The translations under genes and the position numbers were made by a program. DNA of 64,000 nt, taken from contig JBEKQU010000011.1 in assembly GCA_049519415.1 (NCBI GenBank), positions 7,538 through 71,537 of the forward strand. The letters run 5' to 3'. Positions 8,927 through 16,352 of the stretch are shown here, piece by piece (the first letter of the stretch is position 1; the number at the start of each line of letters is the position of its first letter). Origin of the DNA: Spirochaetia bacterium (GTDB lineage: Bacteria; Spirochaetota; Spirochaetia; SZUA-6; Fen-1364). Under the pieces are notes generated by a model. The model had not been told where the DNA came from, searched no databases, and was given only the letters and a program-made list of their open reading frames with translations.

Positions 8927-9188
8927 TGAAAAAAGAACACCGGCGGCCAGGAACGCGGTGAGAGGTTGGTAGGGGCATCAACCCCCGGCGACCTAGCCCT
9001 CGGCGCTTCTCATGGTCGATCAGCTCGATAAGTTACAGCGCACGAGGGGGAGAGGGTGATCGGAACACGGGGGGTCCGAATCGGCCCACATGGGCGTGCA
9101 CCCTCGCGGTAACAGAAGGTCCCTCGGGCGGAGAGGGAGGGCTCGGCCTCCTGCCTCGGCGCGCCTTCGCCTGCCGCCGTCGCCGCTG

Positions 9189-9854
9189 TCAGGCCTGCGC
9201 CATCTTGAGAAGGCGCTGTACTTGCTTCGCCGTCCAGAGTCCACCGCGCCGGGCCCGCTGTCCGGTAGCGTTCAACTCGTCTGCTATGCGCTGCAACGTG
9301 TAACCTGCCTTGCGATAGTTCACGGCGTGCCTCATGCTGCCGTTCGCTGCCTTGACTGCCTTCTCGTGCTTGGCCGCTCGGCCTTTCGCCATCGCCTCGG
9401 GAGTCAGGTTCTGAGGGTTGCCCAGCTTCTTGCCGCGTGCCTTCGCCACCGCCAGGGCAACGCGCGTCCTGTCGCTGATTGCCTTCGCCTCGCCTTGAGC
9501 CACTGCCGCGAGGATGCCGACCGTCATTTCATTCGCCTCTGGCATGTCGGCCGCGATGAACCGCACCCGCTCATCCTGTAGGCGAGTGACAAAGGACGCC
9601 TTGCGAGCTAGCCGGTCCAGCTTGGCGATTACCAGGACCGCGCCGCCTGTCTTGCACTCTGCCAGCGCCGCCGTGAGCCCTGGTCTATCGTCGTGCCTGC
9701 CGCTCTCCACGTCCTTGTACTCCGCGACGATTCCCCACCCGCGAGACTTGCACAGGGATTCGACCGACACCCGCTGCGCGTCCAGGCCGAGCCCCGATGC
9801 ACCCTGGCGCTGCGTGGAAACCCTGTAGTACGCGATTGCCTTTTCTCTTTTCAT
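9189..9854 (-). CDS. Serine recombinase (resolvase/invertase family)
   Basis: The catalytic N-terminus is AYYRVSTQRQ. The resolvase core is VLVIAKLDRLAR. A C-terminal HTH (GYTLQRIADELN) is present. Confidence 0.9.
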   Translation of the reverse strand: MKREKAIAYYRVSTQRQGASGLGLDAQRVSVESLCKSRGWGIVAEYKDVESGRHDDRPGLTAALAECKTGGAVLVIAKLDRLARKASFVTRLQDERVRFIAADMPEANEMTVGILAAVAQGEAKAISDRTRVALAVAKARGKKLGNPQNLTPEAMAKGRAAKHEKAVKAANGSMRHAVNYRKAGYTLQRIADELNATGQRARRGGLWTAKQVQRLLKMAQA

Positions 9855-9864
9855 GTTCTGCCCT

Positions 9865-9910
9865 CACTCTTGACATACTTTATACCTTCGTTTAAATAAT
9901 GTCAAGAGTG
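9865..9910 (-). promoter_or_regulatory. Recombinase promoter embedded in a perfect 12-bp inverted repeat
   Basis: CACTCTTGACAT (9865-9876) and ATGTCAAGAGTG (9899-9910) flank a 22-bp AT-rich spacer. The minus strand reads TTGACA-17 nt-TAAAGT, then GAGGG and ATG 9854. Confidence 0.55.
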
Positions 9911-10006
9911 TTCCATATTTTTTCGGGAGTGTCTATTAACGGCAGAGTTCCCGAGCTCTCGTTCTGTGCTTAACATTAAAGGGTCTTTTCTCTTCGCCCC
10001 GAGAGC

Positions 10007-10120
10007 AGAGGGCCGTAGATGAATCGGACGAAAATCTCGTGCGGCATACGGCTTCTGCGTTGGACCTAACGCCTAGCCTGCAAAACGGTGCCCTGTTCTG
10101 CGGGAAGGCGGGTAGTGGCG
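10007..10120 (-). repeat. Cargo-junction repeat, copy B
   Basis: See copy A. Plus-strand boxes are GGGCCGTAGA (10010-10019) and TTCTGCGGG (10096-10104). The copy lies downstream of the ankyrin gene stop and upstream of the recombinase promoter. Confidence 0.65.
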
Positions 10121-10206
10121 GGAAACGTGCTTAATGGTAGCCCCAGGATGAAAACGCCGGGGTCTGCCCTATGTGGAGGGGTTCCCGCTTGTGGAATCCT
10201 TCTGGC

Positions 10207-12603
10207 CTACTTTGATGCTTCTTCGAGTTGCTGATAGGCGTCAGTGCCCTTTAGCGCCGCATTGTTCAGAGCATAATCGAAGGCTGTCTTGCCCTGGAGG
10301 TCTTTAGCTTTCCCGTCCGCGCCGGCTTTCAGCAGCATGGTGATCACTGCGGGGTTCTGATTGCGCACGGCTGCGAGCATGAGCGGAGTGGCGCCATATT
10401 TGGGATCTCGCACGCTGAGGTCCGCACCCGCCAAAAGAAGCGCCGCAATGACCTTAGGGTTTTGGTTGCCCATGGCCGCGAGCATTAGCGCAGTCGCGCC
10501 GTGCGTATCCCGCGCGTTAACGTCTGAGCCGCCCCCCACGAGCGCCGTGATCACTTCGGGGATTTGGTTGAACGCCGCAGCATTCATCAGCGCGGTCATG
10601 CCGTCGTTGTTCTGTGCTTCAAAGTCCGCACCGGCTTTCAGAAGCGCGGTGACTACCGCAGGGTTCTTGTTGCTCGAGGCAGCGAGCATCAGCGGGGTAT
10701 TGCCATACTTGTCCTGCGCCTTGAGGTCCGCCCCTGCCCTAAGGAGTATGGCGATAACCTCGGAGTTCTGGTTCTTGCTTGCGGCGTGCATCAGCGCGGT
10801 CCCACCGTTATTATCCCGCGCCTTGAGGTCCGCTCCGGCCTTAAGGAGCGCGGCAACCAACTCGGAGTTTTGGTTTGTCTCGGCTGCGTACATAAGCGCT
10901 GTCATGCCGTTGCTGTCCCGTGCCTTGGGGTCCGCCCCTGCCTTAAGAAGCGTGATAACCACTTCGGGGTTCTTGTTCGTATCAACTGCGTACATAAGCG
11001 CGCTCAAGCCGTTGTTGTCCTCCGCCTTGAGGTTGGCCCCGGCCCTCAGGAGCGTAGTAATCACGTCGGGATTCTGATTGTTTCCCGCGGCTGCTAAAAG
11101 CGGTGTCCCGCCGTTCTTGTCATGAGCGTTCACATCCGCGCCGGCCTCAAGGAGCATGGTCACCACCATGAGATTCTGGTTATAGCTTGCAGCATGCATC
11201 AGCACGGTCCCGCCGTTATTGTCCCGAGCGTTTAGGTCAGCGCCAGCATTTAGGAGTATCGTGATCAACTCGGGGTTCGGATTGTCGGCTGCGGCAGACA
11301 TAAGCGCGGTCAAGCCTATTTTGTCGCGTGCCTTTATGTCTGCCCCAGCCCTTAAAAGTGCATTGACCACATCAACCTTTTGGTTTTTCCCAGCGGCGTA
11401 CATTAGCGCACTCAAGCCATTCTTGTCCTGCGCCTGGAGGTCCGCTCCTGCCTTAATCAGCGCCGAGATCACTTCCGCTTGAGGGTTGCTCATTGCAGCT
11501 TGCATCAGTGCAGTCATTCCGTCTTTATCCCGCCCCTCGATATTTGCTCCAGCCTGTACGAGTATGGCGATCACTGCAGGGTTCGGGTTGTTCGCGGCGG
11601 CAGCCATTAATGCGGTAGAGCCGTCGTTATTCCGAGCGTTGGGATCTGCCCCTGCCTTAAGAAAAGCGTCGACCACCTCCGAACTCTTGTTTGTTTGGGC
11701 TGCATACATCAGCGCAGTTAGACCATGCTTGTCCTGGGCCTTTAGGTTTGCCCCAGCCCCAAGGAGCGTGGTAATAACTTCTGAGCTTTGGTTTGTCTGG
11801 GCTGCGTACATAAGTGCAGTCGCACCATCCTTGTCACTAGCGTTGACATCTGCACCAGCCGTCAGGAGTATGGTGATTACTTCGGGGTTCTGGTTAACCA
11901 GAGCTGCAACCATCAACGCGTTCATGCCGTCCTTGCTCTGAGCCTTGAGGTCTGCGCCGGCCTTCAGAAGGGTGGTGATTACCGCTGGGTTCTGGTTCCA
12001 TCCGGCGGCCACCATCAACGGCGTTAAGTTGTCTTTATTCCGCGCCTTGAGGTTTGCCCCGGCCCTAAGGAGCGCGGTAATCACTTCTGAGTTTGGGTTT
12101 GTCTGGGCTGCGGACATAAGTGGGGTCTGGCCGAACTTGTCCCGGCTCTCAAGATTTGCGCCAGCATTTAAGAGCGCGGCAATCACGTCGGGACTCGAAT
12201 TGTTCGCGGCAGCATGATCTAACGGGGTCGCGCCGTTCTTGTCTTGGCTCTCAATGCTTGCCCCGGCGTTCAGGAGCGTAGTGATCACGTCGGGATTCTT
12301 GGAGTACCTAGCGGCCCACGATAGCACTTGCAGTCCGAAACTGTAGTCCTTGGCATAAAGGTCCGCTCCAGAATTTAGAAGCGTGGTGATCACTGCGGGG
12401 TTCGGGTTGAACCCGGCAGCAGTCATCAGCGGGGTAGAACCATCCTTTTTCCGAGCATTCACGTCTGCGCCCTGGTTGACAGCCGCTTGTATTTGCGCGG
12501 GTGTCCCGGTCTTTACCAGCTCAAAGAAGTCTGTCGTCTGCGCAAACGCCGAAGCTGCCAAAAGGACCGCAAGGACTACAGCAACCATGATTCGCTTTCT
12601 CAC
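10207..12603 (-). CDS. Secreted ankyrin-repeat protein (about 22 repeats)
   Basis: A signal peptide (VAVVLAVLLAASAFA/Q) is present. About 22 tandem 34-residue ankyrin repeats (G.TALM.AA..N.NPEVI..LL.AGAD) follow. The C-terminal cap is homologous to that of the caspase fusion. GTG start with GAGGG RBS. Confidence 0.9.
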   Translation of the reverse strand: MRKRIMVAVVLAVLLAASAFAQTTDFFELVKTGTPAQIQAAVNQGADVNARKKDGSTPLMTAAGFNPNPAVITTLLNSGADLYAKDYSFGLQVLSWAARYSKNPDVITTLLNAGASIESQDKNGATPLDHAAANNSSPDVIAALLNAGANLESRDKFGQTPLMSAAQTNPNSEVITALLRAGANLKARNKDNLTPLMVAAGWNQNPAVITTLLKAGADLKAQSKDGMNALMVAALVNQNPEVITILLTAGADVNASDKDGATALMYAAQTNQSSEVITTLLGAGANLKAQDKHGLTALMYAAQTNKSSEVVDAFLKAGADPNARNNDGSTALMAAAANNPNPAVIAILVQAGANIEGRDKDGMTALMQAAMSNPQAEVISALIKAGADLQAQDKNGLSALMYAAGKNQKVDVVNALLRAGADIKARDKIGLTALMSAAADNPNPELITILLNAGADLNARDNNGGTVLMHAASYNQNLMVVTMLLEAGADVNAHDKNGGTPLLAAAGNNQNPDVITTLLRAGANLKAEDNNGLSALMYAVDTNKNPEVVITLLKAGADPKARDSNGMTALMYAAETNQNSELVAALLKAGADLKARDNNGGTALMHAASKNQNSEVIAILLRAGADLKAQDKYGNTPLMLAASSNKNPAVVTALLKAGADFEAQNNDGMTALMNAAAFNQIPEVITALVGGGSDVNARDTHGATALMLAAMGNQNPKVIAALLLAGADLSVRDPKYGATPLMLAAVRNQNPAVITMLLKAGADGKAKDLQGKTAFDYALNNAALKGTDAYQQLEEASK

Positions 12604-12617
12604 TTTGTGCCCTCGCT

Positions 12618-12646
12618 ATTTTACCGCCTCACGTCCACGCTGTCAC
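12618..12646 (-). promoter_or_regulatory. Sigma70-like promoter of the ankyrin gene
   Basis: The minus strand reads GTGACA-17 nt-TAAAAT immediately upstream of the RBS and GTG 12603. Confidence 0.45.
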
Positions 12647-12708
12647 GTGTCGCGCCGTCTCGCTTGCGGGGCATAGTGCAACGTTCGGGGGCCTATCGTA
12701 CTTTGACA

Positions 12709-13350
12709 TCAGTCGCAACGCCTACGGCTGGGGATATATGTCACGCTGCCCGGCATGAGGGGCCAGGGGAAAAGCCGTTCTCCCGGCTTTCGGCAATGGT
12801 GACAGACGGGTCGATGCATGCCAGCCGCGTTTACATCGAAAAGAAGGCTATGGATGTCGCCTCCGACATACTGCCGACAGCGCGAGCAGGAAGCACCGTT
12901 CGGACCGCTCTTGATCTCGATGTCGGGAATGTCCCGCGAGCTGTCTCGCACGCTTCCGAGGGGCAAGTCCGAGCGATGGGTACCCAGAGAATCGGCCGAT
13001 TCCGTATGACTGCCCTGGTCCACGTCGCCAGCGACGCCGATTCCCTCGTTTCCCTGGTCCGTAGAGGGCTCCGGGTCTGTGGTAGTCTGGTAGGGCTCCG
13101 GGTGGTTACGGTGCTCTGGCGGCGCTCGCCGCTTCCGTTTCTGGACGATCTTTTCAAGTTTGGCCGCGAGAGGGCCAACAATCCAGCGCCCGACCGTGGT
13201 CCTGGGTATGCCAGTCGAAAAGGCGATCTGTCGGATGCTGGCGCCATCAGCGTAGTAGGCGAGGATGTCTCTCTCCTGCTCAGCCGTGAGGCGTAGTATA
13301 CTCGCTTTGTGCTTTTTTCTCCGTGCGCGAGTGCCATTTTCTCGGTTCAT
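12709..13350 (-). CDS. HTH protein with C-terminal Cys4 zinc-ribbon-like motif
   Basis: The resolvase/IS630-type HTH is LTAEQERDILAYYADGASIRQIAFSTGIPRTTVGRWI. The C-terminus carries CSRC...CHHC. The start is uncertain (13350 ATG or an upstream TTG). Confidence 0.6.
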   Translation of the reverse strand: MNRENGTRARRKKHKASILRLTAEQERDILAYYADGASIRQIAFSTGIPRTTVGRWIVGPLAAKLEKIVQKRKRRAPPEHRNHPEPYQTTTDPEPSTDQGNEGIGVAGDVDQGSHTESADSLGTHRSDLPLGSVRDSSRDIPDIEIKSGPNGASCSRCRQYVGGDIHSLLFDVNAAGMHRPVCHHCRKPGERLFPWPLMPGSVTYIPSRRRCD

Positions 13351-13372
13351 CTTTGGCCCATCCGGCCCATTC

Positions 13373-13897
13373 TCAGCTTTCCTCCGGGGCCTCAAGGTCT
13401 ACCCCGAAGCGATCGCAGTAGTCTGCAATCCTGTTAAATGACCAACCTTGAAGGCAGAGATTCAGTATCCCCCGCTGCTGGGGAGTGAAACGGGTGTCTT
13501 CCTCATCTTCCAGCGCATCCTGGAAGGCTTTTAGGAAGATTAGTTCCTGCATTCGGTCGTAGAGTGCTAGTGCTTTAGGACCACTGAGGGCTGCTTGTTC
13601 TCTGTCTGCGGTTTTAATTTGGTCTAGATATCTCATTGTCCACTGTTCACGGCGAGTTTGCTTGTACCGCTTTCCGAAGTCGTACAAGTTCTCGCTCGCC
13701 CATCGGCGCATAGTCCGCAGTCCGGGAGCGCCCGGGATCTTGGCGACGTCCACGAGTGAAAGGTCGTATCTAGAACAGAGATCGAGCACCAGGTCCATGT
13801 TTGCCCGGATACGTTTTTCTGCCCGCAGAGAGTAACTCTCCCAGGAGATACGGCCAACAATGCGCTCTGGTACCGGGTCGGGTCTACTGTCCGGCAT
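13373..13897 (-). CDS. HTH protein resembling phage small terminase subunits (tentative)
   Basis: The pattern LSLVDVAKIPGAPGLRTMRRWASENLYDFGKRYKQTRREQ resembles the HTH plus RW..E..F...Y..AR motif of many TerS proteins. ATG 13897 has a GAGGGAG RBS. Assignment is by eye only. Confidence 0.55.
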   Translation of the reverse strand: MPDSRPDPVPERIVGRISWESYSLRAEKRIRANMDLVLDLCSRYDLSLVDVAKIPGAPGLRTMRRWASENLYDFGKRYKQTRREQWTMRYLDQIKTADREQAALSGPKALALYDRMQELIFLKAFQDALEDEEDTRFTPQQRGILNLCLQGWSFNRIADYCDRFGVDLEAPEES

Positions 13898-13953
13898 GTT
13901 TTGCTCCCTCGCTTTTCTCGCCTTCATGCGGTCCGAGTCAGTAGCCGCTTCGC

Positions 13954-14274
13954 CTATGCCATCACCTTTCCGTGTGTACGGATAATGCGATACGCATCGC
14001 CTCTTGGAAAGCAGAGACAATTCCGGCAATCCGGAAGCGCCTCATAGATGACCTCGTAGGATAGTTCGTAGGCTTCTGAGGTGCGGAGTTCAGGGTTTTC
14101 GGCCTCCCATCCGACGAGCCCAAGAAGGACCGGCTTCAGCTCATTTACCCAAAAGTTGTTCGCGCAGAAGCTCGGATTCGACTTGTCATCACGAATCGAG
14201 CGGGCCCGGTAGTACAATGCCCGCAATCGCGGCTCCTTCTGGCATAGTTCGTTGAATGTGTCCATCTTTTTCAT
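13954..14274 (-). CDS. Hypothetical protein (106 aa)
   Basis: ATG with GAGAGGGA RBS, in the same strand and operon context as the island core. No motif was recognised. Confidence 0.55.
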   Translation of the reverse strand: MKKMDTFNELCQKEPRLRALYYRARSIRDDKSNPSFCANNFWVNELKPVLLGLVGWEAENPELRTSEAYELSYEVIYEALPDCRNCLCFPRGDAYRIIRTHGKVMA

Positions 14275-14326
14275 AGCCTGTATCCCTCTCGAAGTACGGG
14301 TAACAACGGTAACAGTAGTAACGGCG

Positions 14327-15367
14327 TCATCCTGTATAGCCGTTATTCGTTATCGCGTTACCGTTGTTATCGCTGTTTCGGTACTTCCCTGCGTTCTCCA
14401 GGACCAAACCAGCGTTTTTCATCTTGAAGAGAAGCTGCCGAACCCTGTCCGATGTGCTGTCGAGGTGTAGGGCAATCTCCTTCGGCGCAAGCGCACCTTC
14501 CTTGCTCAATAGGTCTACGATTTGCCGCCGCTCCTGACTCAGCATGACATCGCGAGCAGATCCTTCGCACTTCCAGCCTCCGGGAAGTGAAAAAGATAGT
14601 GCAAGCTCCTGCTCCTCAATATCGCGGCCAGTGGCCGCCAACACAGCTTCTTGCGTGCCGCGGGCCCTCTTGAGTCCCAAGACTGTGTCCGTGGTGGAGC
14701 TGTAAGCCGTCGAGCCGATAATGCCGTCCACGAAGTCCTCTCGCGCGGCCTTGCCATAATGATGAATGAGGAGGAATGCAGTCTTGAATTTCGATGAGAG
14801 TTGTTGAAAGCCTGCGAGGTAGTCGCCGACCACGCCGTAATCATTGTGGTCTGCTTCGGTAGGGAAAATGCGCGCCACAACGTCTACAACACAGAGCCGC
14901 ACAGTTCCGACCCCGATGTATTCAAGAAGGTCACCTATGGCGTCCAGTGCTTCGCGGCCTTTCGCCCATTCCGTGAAGAAACGCAATTTCGCACTCCATA
15001 ACGAACCGAGTAGGTCGGATCGGCTTTTCAGTCTACGGAGAGAGTCTTCAAGGGCCAAATAGAGCACTTCCCCTCGTTCGATCTCGCGGCCAAACAGCGG
15101 CGTCCCTTCCGATATCGCATTGGCAATCTGTAATGCAAGCCAACTCTTCCCGATCTTAGGACGGCCGGCGAGGATTGCTACGCCTCCCTCGATGAGAAGT
15201 CCGGGTACGAGCCATTTGGGAGGGTCGAAGTTCATCATCTCCAGATCGGCCGCCGTGGTCATCTTGGCGTAGATGTGCGATAGTCGATCCGAATTGACAG
15301 AAGCCTGCCTATGATTCGCCTCAATAGTGGTCGCTACATTTCTTTCGTGCCAGTCAGCGGAGCTCAT
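14327..15367 (-). CDS. RecA-like AAA ATPase (AAA_25 / RepA-type replicative helicase-like) with C-terminal winged-helix
   Basis: Walker A is GRPKIGKS. The LYLALED and CVVDV motifs are present. The C-terminus (LSKEGALAPKEIALHL...RVRQLLFKM) looks like a wHTH. ATG 15367 overlaps the xis-like stop as ATGA. Confidence 0.75.
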   Translation of the reverse strand: MSSADWHERNVATTIEANHRQASVNSDRLSHIYAKMTTAADLEMMNFDPPKWLVPGLLIEGGVAILAGRPKIGKSWLALQIANAISEGTPLFGREIERGEVLYLALEDSLRRLKSRSDLLGSLWSAKLRFFTEWAKGREALDAIGDLLEYIGVGTVRLCVVDVVARIFPTEADHNDYGVVGDYLAGFQQLSSKFKTAFLLIHHYGKAAREDFVDGIIGSTAYSSTTDTVLGLKRARGTQEAVLAATGRDIEEQELALSFSLPGGWKCEGSARDVMLSQERRQIVDLLSKEGALAPKEIALHLDSTSDRVRQLLFKMKNAGLVLENAGKYRNSDNNGNAITNNGYTG

Positions 15368-15570
15368 GCCACTCCTGCCTTTGCCTTCGGACTGGTCAGC
15401 GGCGCGACGCGACGGGCGTTCCGCCATTCTATCAACTCATCCCGGTCAAACACGACGCGCCTTCCGAGCTTGTAGAACGGTATCGAGCGCGTTAGGCATA
15501 GCTTTCGCATTGTTGGCGGCTTCAGCGATAGGAGCTCGGCGGCCTGGCGAATATCAAGGGATACACTCAT
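15364..15570 (-). CDS. Excisionase/AlpA-like HTH protein
   Basis: 68 aa. The stretch AAELLSLKPPTMRKLCLTRSIPFYKLGRRVVFDRDELIEW is typical of MerR-like excisionase (HTH_17) proteins. Confidence 0.75.
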   Translation of the reverse strand: MSVSLDIRQAAELLSLKPPTMRKLCLTRSIPFYKLGRRVVFDRDELIEWRNARRVAPLTSPKAKAGVA

Positions 15571-15623
15571 ACCCTACTAATACGCGGCTCTATCAGAGTC
15601 CGCGCACTTTCGGTGATATATTG

Positions 15624-16352
15624 CTACTTTTTCTTTCGGAAATTCTGGGCCGGCGGGACCCGGGCCAGCCAGCCAACCTTGACCCAATCCCTGAGGGTGC
15701 TCTCTGATATTTCGGTCATGCGCGCAACACGGGACAGCACCGCTGTCTTTGTAAGCTTGACGGTCCCGTCATTCTGTTCCCTCGCTCCCCTGAAGGCCAG
15801 CATTTCCTTTATGACTTGGCGGCGATTACCCTTCGCCCATTCTTCGGCCGCTGTGTTAATCCCGTTTACGGCTTCCTGGGCCTTTTTTACTTTCGGGTCG
15901 TCCGCTTTCGATCCATAGCTGCGCTTTCGCCTCTTCGCCTCCCGTGCTTTTTTCAGCGTTCCTAACTGCTCCTTGCCTCTTTCTATCAGGGGAGCATGGG
16001 CCCGTTTCCGCAGCCGTTCATCCTGTGAAATATCCCTACATCGAGAAGCCGCGTCTTCAGCGCTGAGAAGCTCAGCAGAGGGGGCCTCGTTGGAGCACCC
16101 CCCGCTCACGAAGTCAGCGGCCTCCTTGGATAGTTGCTTAGGGCTCGATTCGGTGAACAACTCGCTGAGCCGATTTCCAGGGAGCGGTCTGTCCGGATCG
16201 TTCTCGCGCTCGACCTCTGCGGCCTCGGCTTTCAACTCTTCATCGCTCTTTGAGGATTTCCATTCTCCCGTTGCGGCCCGCCGTTCACGTTCAGCGATCC
16301 TGCGCTGTATTTCTCGGGCCTTGTCGTCAGGGAGTCCAGTGGTGTCCTTCAT
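15624..16352 (-). CDS. Hypothetical charged protein with C-terminal HTH
   Basis: ATG 16352 overlaps the integrase stop as ATGA. The protein is Lys/Glu/Arg-rich. The C-terminus (LSRVARMTEISESTLRDWVK) is HTH-like. Confidence 0.6.
   Translation of the reverse strand: MKDTTGLPDDKAREIQRRIAERERRAATGEWKSSKSDEELKAEAAEVERENDPDRPLPGNRLSELFTESSPKQLSKEAADFVSGGCSNEAPSAELLSAEDAASRCRDISQDERLRKRAHAPLIERGKEQLGTLKKAREAKRRKRSYGSKADDPKVKKAQEAVNGINTAAEEWAKGNRRQVIKEMLAFRGAREQNDGTVKLTKTAVLSRVARMTEISESTLRDWVKVGWLARVPPAQNFRKKK

Noticed and set aside
9020-9581. ORFs 9020-9244 (minus) and 9090-9581 (plus) around the recombinase 3' end.
   Set aside because: Low-complexity Arg/Pro-rich translations. One is antisense to the recombinase gene and the other lies in its GC-rich 3' region.
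10361-12676. Series of plus-strand ORFs (for example 10361-11077, 11486-11941) inside the ankyrin gene, and the periodic repeats themselves as a possible CRISPR or other array.
   Set aside because: The periodicity is 102 nt and corresponds exactly to in-frame 34-residue ankyrin units on the minus strand. The antisense frames stay open only because the same codon pattern repeats. There is no spacer/repeat structure.
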